DNA of 20,000 nucleotides from an uncultured virus (IMG/VR IMGVR_UViG_2671180412_000004) (IMGVR_UViG_2671180412_000004), one strand, 5' to 3'. Counted from the stretch's first letter, positions 1 through 8,739 are shown. Program-made: numbers and translations. Notes: generated from the letters alone by a model not told the origin.

Positions 1-384
1 GCGATGGCGGCCGATCTCATCATCAGCCAGAAGCGTATCGGCAACCTCCCGGCCGTTCGCGCGCCGTTCTTCCCGGCTAACGCCATGCTGATCACCCGTC
101 TGGATAACCTGTCTATTTACTGGCAAGCCGGTACCCGTCGTCGTTCGGTTATCGACAATCCGAAGCGTGACCGCGTGGAGAACTACGAATCCGTTAACGA
201 GGCGTATGTTGTCGAAGATTACGACGGCGTTTGCCTGGTTGAGAACATCGAGATGTTACCAGCGCAGGCAGACGGCAATCCGGGCGCGGCGCTGACGGCT
301 GAAAATATTCAGACCATCGTTGCTGCAGCAGTGCAGGGCGCGCTTGATGCTCAGAATACGGGCGGCACTGGCGCCGGAGCGTGA
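1..384 (+). CDS. N: Major capsid protein, C-terminal part (P2 gpN-like), 5'-truncated by the window
   Basis: Sequence RIGNLPAVRAPFFPANAMLITRLDNLSIYWQ...DRVENYESVNEAYVVEDY is typical of the P2 capsid C-terminus; lies just before M. Confidence 0.9.
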   Translation, partial: AMAADLIISQKRIGNLPAVRAPFFPANAMLITRLDNLSIYWQAGTRRRSVIDNPKRDRVENYESVNEAYVVEDYDGVCLVENIEMLPAQADGNPGAALTAENIQTIVAAAVQGALDAQNTGGTGAGA

Positions 385-387
385 TAA

Positions 388-1041
388 ATGAATCCGTTCC
401 GTGCTCACACTCAGTATGTACAGGCACAGGATGCCGCCCGGCAGGGCGGCAGTAAAGCCAGTATGACGGGTTATAACCAGATGCTGTTACAGCTGACAGA
501 ACACCGCAGGCGCCTTAAAACCGTCCAGTCAAATGAGCGCAAGGCTCAGCTCAAACGTGAGTTTCTTCCCGCTTATGCCTCATGGATTGCCGGTTTGCTG
601 GATGCTGACGCGTCAGGCCAGGACGACGTGGCGATGTACGTCATGATCTGGCGCATTGATGCCGGAGACTATACCGGCGCGCTGGACATTGCCCGTCATG
701 CCATTAAACACGGCTGGGTCCTGCCGCAGCGCTTCAACCGGACCTGCGGGACCGCTGTTGCCGAAGAGTTTGCCGACGCGGCAATGCGCGCTTTTTCTGC
801 CGGTGAATCATTCAATGCCGCCATTCTTACCCAGGTGCTCGATATCGTTGAAGGTCAGGATATGCCGGATCAGTCCCGCGCCCGACTTCATAAGGCGATG
901 GGCTACGCGCTGCGGGATAACGATCAGGCAGTGGCGGCACTTAACCATCTGAAGCGTGCCCTGCAGCTGGATAACAGTTCTGGCGTCAAAACCGAAATCA
1001 ACAAGCTTGAAAGCCGATTGCGACAGGCAATGTCGGCTTAA
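388..1041 (+). CDS. M: Terminase endonuclease (small) subunit, P2 gpM-like
   Basis: 217 aa; QDDVAMYVMIWRIDAGDYTGALDIARHA and MPDQSRARLHKAMG motifs; synteny. Confidence 0.9.
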   Translation: MNPFRAHTQYVQAQDAARQGGSKASMTGYNQMLLQLTEHRRRLKTVQSNERKAQLKREFLPAYASWIAGLLDADASGQDDVAMYVMIWRIDAGDYTGALDIARHAIKHGWVLPQRFNRTCGTAVAEEFADAAMRAFSAGESFNAAILTQVLDIVEGQDMPDQSRARLHKAMGYALRDNDQAVAALNHLKRALQLDNSSGVKTEINKLESRLRQAMSA

Positions 1042-1060
1042 CGAATCGTGCCAACGCGCG

Positions 1061-1116
1061 GGGCGGCACGGGGTGGCGACAGGCTTTATGCCGCGTCAAA
1101 ACCCCGTCCACCGCCC
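1061..1116 (+). other. Long imperfect hairpin in the M-L intergenic region
   Basis: Nested pairings: gggcgg(1061-66)/ccgccc(1111-16), acggggt(1068-74)/accccgt(1101-07), gac/gtc, ggc/gcc; loop tttat; no U-tract. Confidence 0.6.
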
Positions 1117-1139
1117 AACTATTTGGGAGTGCCAGAAAT

Positions 1140-1607
1140 ATGCAATTCGTTTCGCCGGAACAGGCCGGGGAAAGTACCCAGGACGTTATTAAAAACACCA
1201 GTTTCTGGCCTGATGTCAGGGTTTCAGAGTTCCGCCGTGATATGCGCATGGATGGGAGTGTCACCGATCCACGCCTGCGTCTGGCGTTGCTGACAGCGAT
1301 TGCTGAAGTTAACGCCGATCTTTATGAGTTCCGCGAGAAACAACGGGCGCAGGGGTATGCGAGCCTTGCCGACGTCCCTGCTGATGTGATCGACGGCGAA
1401 AGCCAGCGGCTCATGCTGTATCGCCGTGCGGTGTTTTGCTGGGCAAAAGCAAACCTGGTTGAGCGCTATCGCGATTTTGACGCAACCGGCGACGGTAGCA
1501 AGAAAGCCGAAGATATCGAAACAACCTTAGGCGAGCTGTGGCGCGATGTGCGCTGGGCGGAGTCCCGCCTGCGCGATATGCCACATATGACGGTGGAGCT
1601 GATTTGA
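1140..1607 (+). CDS. L: Head completion/stabilisation protein, P2 gpL-like
   Basis: 155 aa; IKNTSFWPD...YRRAVFCWAKANLVERYRDFDAT; ggag RBS upstream; synteny. Confidence 0.88.
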   Translation: MQFVSPEQAGESTQDVIKNTSFWPDVRVSEFRRDMRMDGSVTDPRLRLALLTAIAEVNADLYEFREKQRAQGYASLADVPADVIDGESQRLMLYRRAVFCWAKANLVERYRDFDATGDGSKKAEDIETTLGELWRDVRWAESRLRDMPHMTVELI

Positions 1608-1810
1608 TGAAAGTGCGTGCGCATCAGTATGACACGGTGGACGCACTCTGCTGGCGCCATTACGGGCGCACGCAGGGAGTCACTGAACAGGTGCTGCAGG
1701 CGAATCCGGGGCTGGCTGAATATGGCCCCTTTTTACCGCACGGGCTGCAGGTGGAGCTGCCGGACATTACGGCGTCAACCACTGCGCAGACTGTCCAGTT
1801 ATGGGACTGA
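1607..1810 (+). CDS. X: Tail protein X, P2 gpX-like
   Basis: ATG at 1607 overlaps the L stop (TGATG); MKVRAHQYDTVDALCWRHYGRTQGVTEQVLQANPGLAE...VQLWD, 67 aa. Confidence 0.9.
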   Translation: MKVRAHQYDTVDALCWRHYGRTQGVTEQVLQANPGLAEYGPFLPHGLQVELPDITASTTAQTVQLWD

Positions 1811-1813
1811 ACT

Positions 1814-2029
1814 ATGACGCTTGAACGAATCAGCGCCTTTATCACTTACTGCGTTGCCCTGCTTCTGGCATGGCTCGGCGATTTGTCTCTTAAAGATGTA
1901 TCGACCATTACCGGTCTTGCGCTGGGGATTATTACTGCAGCGGTGACCTGTTATTTACGCTGGAAAGCCTACCAGCTGCTGCGGGACGGCAGAATATCCA
2001 GGGGGGAATATGAGTCCTTCAATCGTTAA
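1814..2029 (+). CDS. Holin (small membrane protein)
   Basis: 71 aa, two hydrophobic stretches and a charged C-terminus; directly upstream of and overlapping the endolysin. Confidence 0.8.
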   Translation: MTLERISAFITYCVALLLAWLGDLSLKDVSTITGLALGIITAAVTCYLRWKAYQLLRDGRISRGEYESFNR

Positions 2030-2525
2030 GCGTTGCCTGGTCGGCGCGGTGCTGGCGATTGCCGCCACGCTGCCAGGCTTTCAGTCGCTTCATACCTCCG
2101 TTGAGGGGCTGAAACTGATTGCTGATTTCGAAGGGTGTCGCCTCCAGCCATACCAGTGCAGCGCCGGGGTATGGACTGACGGGATCGGCAATACGTCCGG
2201 GGTAGTACCGGGCAAAACCATAACGGAGCGACAGGCCGCGCAGGGGCTGATTAATAACGTGTTGCTGACGGAAAAAAGGATTGAAGCCTGCCTGCAGGTT
2301 AAGCCACCTCAGCATGTTTACGATGCCCTGATCAGTATCGGTTTTAATGTCGGAACGGGGGCCATCTGCCGGTCAACAATGGTTTCTTACATCAATCGCC
2401 AGCAATGGTGGCAGGCGTGCAACCAGCTCCCCCGCTGGATTTATGTAAATGGTCAACGGAATAAAGGGCTGGAAAACAGGCGCGCCCGTGAGCTTGCCTG
2501 GTGTCTTAAAGGGGCAGGGGCATGA
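2010..2525 (+). CDS. SAR endolysin, GH24 lysozyme (P1 Lyz type)
   Basis: N-terminal weakly hydrophobic SAR segment (RCLVGAVLAIAATLPG); catalytic E41-x8-C50-x5-T56; C-terminal GLENRRARE. Confidence 0.9.
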   Translation: MSPSIVKRCLVGAVLAIAATLPGFQSLHTSVEGLKLIADFEGCRLQPYQCSAGVWTDGIGNTSGVVPGKTITERQAAQGLINNVLLTEKRIEACLQVKPPQHVYDALISIGFNVGTGAICRSTMVSYINRQQWWQACNQLPRWIYVNGQRNKGLENRRARELAWCLKGAGA

Positions 2526-2950
2526 CGCGCGCGCTGGCGGTGATCCTGGCTCTGGTGCTGGCATTGCTGGGCTGGCAGTCATGGCGGCTTAACAATGCCG
2601 GTCACACCATCGGGACGCAGGCTGAGGCGCTTAAAAAGAACAAGCAGGAGCTGGCGAAGAAAAACAGCCAGCTCATCAGCCTGTCCATTCTTACCGAAAC
2701 CAACAGCCGGGCGCAGATGCAACTTTATGCTGCAGCGGAGGAGAATTCCTCGCTGTTGCGGAGTCGCCAGCGCCGGATCGAGGAGCTAAAACGTGAAAAC
2801 GAGGATTTACGCCGCTGGGCTGACACTCCTTTGCCTGCTGACATTATCCGGCTGCGGGAGCGCCCGGCTCTCGCCGGAGGTGCAGCTTACCGTGAGTGGT
2901 TGTCCAAAAGTGACGCAATGCCGCCTGGACAGGTCAGCGCCGCGCAGTAA
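2522..2950 (+). CDS. lysB: Inner-membrane spanin, LysB/Rz-like
   Basis: N-terminal TM helix, coiled coil, LRRWADTPLPADIIRLRERP motif; follows the endolysin. Confidence 0.85.
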   Translation: MTRALAVILALVLALLGWQSWRLNNAGHTIGTQAEALKKNKQELAKKNSQLISLSILTETNSRAQMQLYAAAEENSSLLRSRQRRIEELKRENEDLRRWADTPLPADIIRLRERPALAGGAAYREWLSKSDAMPPGQVSAAQ

Positions 2951-3083
2951 TGGGGATTTGAACCAGGTGCTGGATGAGACTGAGGCCGCCTGGGCAGTAT
3001 GTGCCGACAAAGTGGACACGATCATAGCGTGTCAGGAGCGAGACAGTGAACAAGCCGCAGTCCTTACGCAACGCCCTGAATAA
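2793..3083 (+). CDS. lysC: Outer-membrane spanin lipoprotein, LysC/Rz1-like
   Basis: GTG start, signal peptide with lipobox LSG-C, overlaps lysB in another frame; CPKVTQC...AWAVCADKVDTIIACQ. Confidence 0.82.
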   Translation: MKTRIYAAGLTLLCLLTLSGCGSARLSPEVQLTVSGCPKVTQCRLDRSAPRSNGDLNQVLDETEAAWAVCADKVDTIIACQERDSEQAAVLTQRPE

Positions 3084-3477
3084 ATCGGTGGCGTATGTCC
3101 GTGACAACCCGGACAAACTGCACCTTTTTGTTGATAACGGTTCGCTGGTCGCAACCGGCGCCCGTTCAATGTCATGGGAATATCGCTACACCCTGAATGT
3201 GGTGATTGAAGACTTTAGCGGCAACCAGAATTTAGTGATGGCGCCCGTATTGCTCTGGTTAATGACCAATCAACCGGACGCTATCAACAACCCGGAGCTG
3301 CGCGAAAAACTTTTTACCTTTGACGTCGATATCCTGAGCAACGATCTGTGTGATATCAGCCTCAATCTGCAGCTCACGGAGCGCGTGATTGTCAGCACAG
3401 ACGGCACCGTATCGAGCGTTGAAGCGGTGCCGGAACCCGACGTACCCGAAGAAATGTGGACGGTGAAACGTGGATGA
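3046..3477 (+). CDS. R: Tail completion protein, P2 gpR-like
   Basis: MNKPQSLRNAL...NPDKLHLFVDNGSLVATGARSMSWEYRYTLN; synteny. Confidence 0.9.
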   Translation: MNKPQSLRNALNKSVAYVRDNPDKLHLFVDNGSLVATGARSMSWEYRYTLNVVIEDFSGNQNLVMAPVLLWLMTNQPDAINNPELREKLFTFDVDILSNDLCDISLNLQLTERVIVSTDGTVSSVEAVPEPDVPEEMWTVKRG

Positions 3478-3916
3478 CCTGCAAAGGGTGGATGACTGGC
3501 TGGCGGCCCTGCTGGCGAATCTGGAACCGGCAGTCCGCAACCGTATGATGCGACAGCTGGCGCAGGAGCTGCGCCGGTCGCAACAGCAAAATATCAGGCT
3601 GCAGCGCAATCCAGACGGCACCACCTTTGAGCCGCGCCGGGTGACGGCCAGAAGTAAAAAGGGGCGCATCAAGCGCCAGATGTTCGCCAAATTGCGCACC
3701 ACTAAATACCTGAAAACCGCAGCCACTGCGGACTCTGCCAGCGTGCAGTTTGATGGGAAAGTCCAGCGCATCGCCCGTGTTCACCATTATGGTCTGCGTG
3801 ATCGAGTCAGACGCAACGGCCCGGAGGCCCGGTACCCGGCACGCCGTCTTTTGGGCGTGAATGATGAGGTAGAAACCATCACCCGTGACACGCTGTTGCG
3901 CTGGCTGTCGGAGTGA
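3470..3916 (+). CDS. S: Tail completion/virion morphogenesis protein, P2 gpS-like
   Basis: LRRSQQQNIRLQRNPDG...RIARVHHYGLRD...YPARRLLG; synteny. Confidence 0.9.
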   Translation: MDDLQRVDDWLAALLANLEPAVRNRMMRQLAQELRRSQQQNIRLQRNPDGTTFEPRRVTARSKKGRIKRQMFAKLRTTKYLKTAATADSASVQFDGKVQRIARVHHYGLRDRVRRNGPEARYPARRLLGVNDEVETITRDTLLRWLSE

Positions 3917-3920
3917 AATT

Positions 3921-3978
3921 TGTGTCACGGACGGCACAAAACCCAACGCTGCCTCCCTTTTCCCTCTGATGGCAACCT
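3921..3978 (+). promoter_or_regulatory. Ogr-dependent late promoter pV
   Basis: TGT-gtcacggacggc-ACA at 3921-3938 and -10-like CAACCT at 3973-3978; box centre is about 55 nt upstream of the V ATG. Confidence 0.8.
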
Positions 3979-3984
3979 TTCGTT

Positions 3985-4563
3985 ATGAACGCACAACTAA
4001 CCGAAATCATGCGCCTTATCACCAACCTGATCCGCACCGGCACCGTAACCGAAGTGGACCGGGAAAACTGGCTGTGCCGGGTGAAAGTGGGCGAGCTTGA
4101 AACCAACTGGATTAACTGGCTGACACTGCGCGCAGGCGGTGCCCGTACATGGTGGTGCCCGTCGCCGGATGAGCAGGTGGTGGTGCTGAGTATGGGCGGC
4201 AATCTTGAAACCGCTTTTGCCTTACCTGCGATCTATTCCAACCAGTTCGCCCCGCCGTCGGACTCTGTGGACGGCTCCGTAACGGAATACCCGGACGGTG
4301 GCTGGTTTGAATATGAACCAGCGACCGGCCGCTGGCATGTGCGGGGCATCAAATCCATGGTGATCGAGGCTGCAGATAACATAACCCTGAAAACGGGGGA
4401 ATTTGTGGTGGAAGCAAGCAACACGCGCATAAACAGCGAAGTGGTGATCAATGGTGGCGTCACCCAGGGCGGCGGCGCCATGAGTTCTAACGGGATCGTA
4501 GTCGATAAACACGGTCATACCGGCGTTAAATCCGGCGGTGATACATCGGGAGGCCCGGTATGA
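3985..4563 (+). CDS. V: Baseplate spike protein, P2 gpV-like
   Basis: NLIRTGTVTEVD...WLTLRAGGARTWWCPSPDEQV; C-terminal HxH (DKHGHTGVKSGGDTSGGP). Confidence 0.93.
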   Translation: MNAQLTEIMRLITNLIRTGTVTEVDRENWLCRVKVGELETNWINWLTLRAGGARTWWCPSPDEQVVVLSMGGNLETAFALPAIYSNQFAPPSDSVDGSVTEYPDGGWFEYEPATGRWHVRGIKSMVIEAADNITLKTGEFVVEASNTRINSEVVINGGVTQGGGAMSSNGIVVDKHGHTGVKSGGDTSGGPV

Positions 4564-4919
4564 CGCTGTATATCGGCATGAGTCAGGGCAACGGCAGGGC
4601 CATTACCGACACGGACCACCTGCGCCAGTCGGTCCGGGATATTCTGCTGACCCCGCAGGGGAGCCGCATTGCCCGGAGGGAATACGGCTCGCTTCTGTCT
4701 GAACTGATAGACCAGCCGCAGAACCCGGCGCTGCGCCTGCAGGTTATGTCTGCGGTCTATGTGGCTCTGAGTCGCTGGGAGCCACGGCTTACCCTGGATT
4801 CCATCACCATAAACAGCAGTTTTGATGGTTCGATGGTGGTTGAGCTTACCGGGCAGCGTGATAACGGCGCGCCGGTTTCACTTTCGGTATCAACAGGAGC
4901 AGACAATGGCAGTCATTGA
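4560..4919 (+). CDS. W: Baseplate wedge protein, P2 gpW/gp25-like
   Basis: HLRQSVRDILLTPQGSRIARREYGSLLSELIDQP...RWEPRL. Confidence 0.92.
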   Translation: MTLYIGMSQGNGRAITDTDHLRQSVRDILLTPQGSRIARREYGSLLSELIDQPQNPALRLQVMSAVYVALSRWEPRLTLDSITINSSFDGSMVVELTGQRDNGAPVSLSVSTGADNGSH

Positions 4920-5814
4920 CCTTTCCCAGCTGCCCGCCCCGCAGATAGTGGATGTGCCAGATTTTGAAACGCTGCTAAACGAACGGAAAGCCGCGTTTGT
5001 AGCCCTTTATCCGGCAGACGAGCAGGACGCGGTAAGGCGCACGCTTGAGCTGGAGTCTGAACCCGTGACCAAGCTCCTGCAGGAAAATGCGTATCGTGAA
5101 ATCCTCCTGCGTCAGCGCATTAACGAGGCGGCGCAGGCGGTCATGGTGGCTTATTCCATGGGGAGTGATCTCGATCAGCTGGCCGGTAACTGCAACGTAA
5201 AACGTCTGACGGTTATTCCTGCAGATAACGACGCGGTACCGCCGGTTGCTGCCGTGATGGAAAGTGACGAGGCTCTGCGTCAGCGTGTTCCTGCAGCTTT
5301 TGAAGGGCTGTCAGTTGCAGGCCCAACGGGAGCTTACGAGTTTCACGCTAAAAGCGCTGACGGGCGAGTGGCTGACGCCAGCGCAACCAGCCCGGCCCCG
5401 GCGGAGGTGGTGCTTACTGTGCTGAGCCGTGAGGGCGACGGAACGGCTGCGGCGGATCTGCTGGCTGTGGTTGAACAGGCGCTTAACAGTGAGAACGTGC
5501 GGCCGGTTGCTGACCGTCTGACGGTGCGCAGCGCTGAAATCATTCCGTACAGCGTGGATGCGACGATCTTTCTTTACCCTGGGCCAGAAGCTGAGCCGGT
5601 GATGGAGGCGGCAAAAGCCAGCCTGCAGAAATATATCGCCAGCCAGACGAGGCTGGGGCGTGATATTCGCCGCAGTGCTATTTATGCCGCGCTGCATGTT
5701 GAGGGTGTGCAGCGTGTTGAACTGGCCTCGCCGCTCGCTGATGTGGTGCTGGATAAGACACAAGCCGCTTCATGTACGGAATGGAGCGTAACCAACGGGG
5801 GAACGGATGAATAG
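4906..5814 (+). CDS. J: Baseplate assembly protein, P2 gpJ-like
   Basis: Start placed at ATG 4906 (MAVIDLSQLPAPQIVD) after aggag RBS; 302 aa; FEGLSVAGPTGAYEFHA. Confidence 0.93.
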   Translation: MAVIDLSQLPAPQIVDVPDFETLLNERKAAFVALYPADEQDAVRRTLELESEPVTKLLQENAYREILLRQRINEAAQAVMVAYSMGSDLDQLAGNCNVKRLTVIPADNDAVPPVAAVMESDEALRQRVPAAFEGLSVAGPTGAYEFHAKSADGRVADASATSPAPAEVVLTVLSREGDGTAAADLLAVVEQALNSENVRPVADRLTVRSAEIIPYSVDATIFLYPGPEAEPVMEAAKASLQKYIASQTRLGRDIRRSAIYAALHVEGVQRVELASPLADVVLDKTQAASCTEWSVTNGGTDE

Positions 5815-6412
5815 CCTGCTTCCTCCTGGTTCATCGCCGCTTGAGCGCCGCCTGGCTCAGACCTGCAGCGGAATTTCCGATCTGCAGGTGCCGCTGCGGG
5901 ATTTATGGAACCCGGCAACATGCCCGGTCAAGTTTCTGCCGTATCTGGCGTGGGCCTTTTCGGTTGATCGCTGGGACGAAGGATGGGCGGAGAGCGTGAA
6001 GCGCCGTGTGGTGCAGGATGCTTTCTATATCCATCAGCACAAGGGCACAACCAGTGCTGTGCGGCGTGTGGTGGAGCCGTTCGGCTTTCTGATCCGCATT
6101 ATTGAATGGTGGCAGACCGGCGAGGCGCCGGGCACGTTTCGCCTGGATATCGGGGTGCAGGACCAGGGCATAACAGAGGAAACCTATCTGGAGCTGGAGC
6201 GCCTGATTGGTGACGCCAAACCCTGCAGCCGGCATCTGATCGGCATGTCCATAAACCTGCAGACGAGCGGACCATATTTCGTTGGGGCTGCCACTTACAC
6301 CGGCGAAGAAATCACGATTTACCCGTATATCAACGAAACCATCATTTCCGGTGGCTCTGCCTACGAGGGCGGCGCCGTCCATGTTATCGACACAATGAGA
6401 GTGAACCCATGA
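5807..6412 (+). CDS. I: Baseplate/tail protein, P2 gpI-like
   Basis: MNSLLPPGSS...LWNPATCPVKFLPYLAWAFSVDRWD...HQHKGT. Confidence 0.93.
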   Translation: MNSLLPPGSSPLERRLAQTCSGISDLQVPLRDLWNPATCPVKFLPYLAWAFSVDRWDEGWAESVKRRVVQDAFYIHQHKGTTSAVRRVVEPFGFLIRIIEWWQTGEAPGTFRLDIGVQDQGITEETYLELERLIGDAKPCSRHLIGMSINLQTSGPYFVGAATYTGEEITIYPYINETIISGGSAYEGGAVHVIDTMRVNP

Positions 6413-7797
6413 GCGCAAAATTTTATACCCTGCTGACGGATATTGGCGCGGCGAAACTGGCAAGCGCTGCCGCGCTCGGTGTGCCGCTGAAAATTACCCA
6501 GATGGCGGTGGGGGATGGCGGCGGCGTGCTTCCAACTCCCAGCGCACAACAGACGAAGCTGGTTTCCGAAAAGCGGCGCGCTGACCTGAACATGCTTTAC
6601 ATCGATCCGCAGAACAGCAGCCAGATCATTGCTGAGCAGGTGATTCCTGAAACTGAGGGCGGTTGGTGGATTCGTGAAGTTGGGCTGTTCGATGAAACGG
6701 GCGCGCTGATCGCAGTGGGAAACTGCCCGGAGAGCTACAAACCGCAGCTGGCAGAAGGGAGCGGCCGCACGCAAACAGTGCGCATGGTACTGATTACCAG
6801 CAGCACCGATAACATTACGCTGAAAATTGACCCGTCCGTAGTGCTGGCTACCCGCAAATATGTGGATGACAAGGTGCTGGAACTGAAGGTGTATGTAGAT
6901 GAGCTGATGGCGGCGCATCTTGCTGCAGCTGATCCGCATACGCAATATGCGCCAAAAGCCAGCCCGACGTTTACCGGCACCCCAAAAGCCCCGACTGCAG
7001 CTGCAGGTAACAATACCACTCAACTTGCCACAACTGCGTTTGTTCAGGCGGCTCTGATCGCCCTGGTGAATGGTGCCCCGGCTACACTGGACACGCTGAA
7101 AGAAATTGCTGCGGCTATCAACAACGATCCTAATTTCAGCACCACCATTAATAACGCGCTTGCACTCAAAGCCCCACTGGCAAGCCCGGCCCTGACCGGA
7201 ACGCCGACAGCCCCCACGGCTGCGCAGACTGTCAACAATACGCAAATAGCCACTACTGCTTTCGTAAAATCAGCTCTGGCTGCGCTTGTTGGCTCATCAC
7301 CTGCGGCGCTTGATACCCTGAACGAGCTGGCGGCGGCGTTAGGAAACGATCCTAACTTTGCAACCACCATGACAAATGCGCTGGCAGGCAAGCAGCCGCT
7401 GGATAGCACGCTGACAACTTTGTCTGGAAAAACCGCAGATGGGATTATCGAATACCTTCGTTTGGGGGAAGCGGCGAAAAGGACTGTTGGAACCGGTGCA
7501 AATCAGATACCGGATATGACTGCATTCACATCTGATCTGCGATGGTTCAAATTACCTAGCGGCCATATTGTGCAGGTTTTTTCGGTTGATGTTTACAGCT
7601 CGGATGTAGAGGGAACGCCTGCGGTTTATCCAATAGCTTTCCCTTATTCGTTACTGGCTATATCCGCCATATGGGTAGACCCAACGCAGACAGAAGCACC
7701 GACGTACAAAATCATCGGTGGTGATCGAACGCTCGCAAAAATTAAAACATCAAAGGCAGGAAAGTACGGGACCATGATTATAGCCATCGGTAAATAA
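6409..7797 (+). CDS. H: Tail fibre protein, P2 gpH-like: constant part aa 1-350 plus currently fused variable tip cassette 1 (7459-7797)
   Basis: P2 H N-terminus (MSAKFYTLLTDIGAAKLA...PESYKPQLAEGSGRTQTVRM); crossover site lies in frame at Y-L-R-L-G-E. Confidence 0.93.
   Translation: MSAKFYTLLTDIGAAKLASAAALGVPLKITQMAVGDGGGVLPTPSAQQTKLVSEKRRADLNMLYIDPQNSSQIIAEQVIPETEGGWWIREVGLFDETGALIAVGNCPESYKPQLAEGSGRTQTVRMVLITSSTDNITLKIDPSVVLATRKYVDDKVLELKVYVDELMAAHLAAADPHTQYAPKASPTFTGTPKAPTAAAGNNTTQLATTAFVQAALIALVNGAPATLDTLKEIAAAINNDPNFSTTINNALALKAPLASPALTGTPTAPTAAQTVNNTQIATTAFVKSALAALVGSSPAALDTLNELAAALGNDPNFATTMTNALAGKQPLDSTLTTLSGKTADGIIEYLRLGEAAKRTVGTGANQIPDMTAFTSDLRWFKLPSGHIVQVFSVDVYSSDVEGTPAVYPIAFPYSLLAISAIWVDPTQTEAPTYKIIGGDRTLAKIKTSKAGKYGTMIIAIGK
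6949..7392 (+). repeat. Two tandem 222-bp (74-aa) fibre shaft repeats
   Basis: APKASPTFTGTPKAPT...LDTLKEIAAAINNDPNFSTT (from 6949) versus APLASPALTGTPTAPT...LDTLNELAAALGNDPNFATT (from 7171). Confidence 0.85.
7445..7470 (+). repeat. Invertase crossover site 1 (hix/gix-like, fixed left arm inside H)
   Basis: ttatcgaatacc-TT-cgtttgggggaa; 12-2-12 architecture resembling hixL (TTATCAAAAACC-TT-GGTTTTCAAGAA). Confidence 0.9.
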
Positions 7798-7813
7798 CGT
7801 TCGTTTGGGAGAA
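7788..7813 (+). repeat. Invertase crossover site 2
   Basis: cggtaaataacg-TT-cgtttgggagaa(gcggc); left arm contains the H stop codon. Confidence 0.88.
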
Positions 7814-8143
7814 GCGGCAAAAATGGAGGCGGCCACCGCCCAGATCGGTGCTAATGGCTGGCTATATATTCCCGTTTCTGGCGGCAAAAAAATGCTGCTG
7901 CAGTGGGGGCTTTTAACCGGTGCGAGTAATTATTCTTTTAAATTCCCAATTGCATTTCCCGTAGGTGGTTTATGCCTGGTTGCAATGGCCCATACAACTG
8001 ATTCCGCTGATGTGAGCATGGTAACTATGACTAATGGATTTATCAGGGATAAAACCAGCGCGTTTGCTTTGTGCGCCAGAACAGTGAACGGCGTGCAGCA
8101 ACCTTTTGAACGTAGCGTTTACTGGGTCGCTGTTGGCTACTGA
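7802..8143 (+). CDS. Silent tail-fibre tip cassette 2 (113 aa; no start codon of its own)
   Basis: Begins RLGEAA at site 2; WLYIP...LLQWG...FPIAFP...WVAVGY pattern shared with the other tips. Confidence 0.85.
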   Translation, partial: RLGEAAKMEAATAQIGANGWLYIPVSGGKKMLLQWGLLTGASNYSFKFPIAFPVGGLCLVAMAHTTDSADVSMVTMTNGFIRDKTSAFALCARTVNGVQQPFERSVYWVAVGY

Positions 8144-8154
8144 CGTCAAAAAAT

Positions 8155-8212
8155 TGTGTGATTACTGACACATGGTAGCTAGATAATTATTTTACGAAAC
8201 CGCACTTACGAT
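8155..8212 (+). promoter_or_regulatory. Putative Ogr-dependent late promoter for the fibre chaperone
   Basis: TGT-gtgattactgac-ACA at 8155-8172 and TACGAT at 8207-8212; same spacing as pV and pF. Confidence 0.75.
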
Positions 8213-8238
8213 CTGAGTCTCAAACTAAGGAGTGCGTT

Positions 8239-8712
8239 ATGAACTATTGGTTTAGCCCTGCAAATAATGCTTTTTACCCCGTAGCTTTAAAGGAGTCTTA
8301 TGTAAATGCAGGTAGTCTTCCTAATGATTTAATCGAAGTGGAGGATAGTGTTTTTAGCGAATTTTCCGCGACGCCACCAGAAGGGAAATTGCGTGGCATT
8401 GGATCTGATGGTTTTCCGATCTGGATTGATATTCCCATTGTGGAAGAAAGCCCGGAACAAATCCAGGCACGCGCCCGTGCTTTGCGGGATGAATTCATCG
8501 TCAGTACAGATCGAATGCTTGTTTCTGATTACACTATCAACAATGTTTTATTAACCTCTGAGCAGCAAGCGGAACTTTTGGATGTAAGGCAAAAGTTTAA
8601 AGTTTGGCCTGAGAGTGAGGGATGGCCGCACATAGCGTTGCCTGCGATACCTCAATGGATTCTCATTGAGGCAGTAAACAACGGTTACGTAGTAAAAAAT
8701 TGGCCTGAGTGA
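8239..8712 (+). CDS. Tail fibre assembly chaperone (Tfa/gpG-like)
   Basis: taaggag RBS; N-terminal YWFSPANNAFYP...PPEGKLRGIGSDGFPIWIDIP typical of Tfa proteins; located among the fibre cassettes. Confidence 0.8.
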   Translation: MNYWFSPANNAFYPVALKESYVNAGSLPNDLIEVEDSVFSEFSATPPEGKLRGIGSDGFPIWIDIPIVEESPEQIQARARALRDEFIVSTDRMLVSDYTINNVLLTSEQQAELLDVRQKFKVWPESEGWPHIALPAIPQWILIEAVNNGYVVKNWPE

Positions 8713-8739
8713 AATAAAGCCCGTAAGGGCTTTATTTTT
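8712..8739. terminator. Likely bidirectional intrinsic terminator between the chaperone and cassette 3
   Basis: aaataaagccc-gtaa-gggctttattt(tt); T-rich tail on both strands. Confidence 0.8.

Noticed and set aside
1048..1293. 81-aa ORF across the M-L gap
   Set aside because: Overlaps L out of frame, has no recognisable motif, and the gap is better explained by the hairpin
4822..4905. Longer ORF-track starts for J (4822), X (1538) and ogr (18724)
   Set aside because: Downstream ATGs (4906, 1607, 18760) match family N-termini and have an RBS or stop-start coupling
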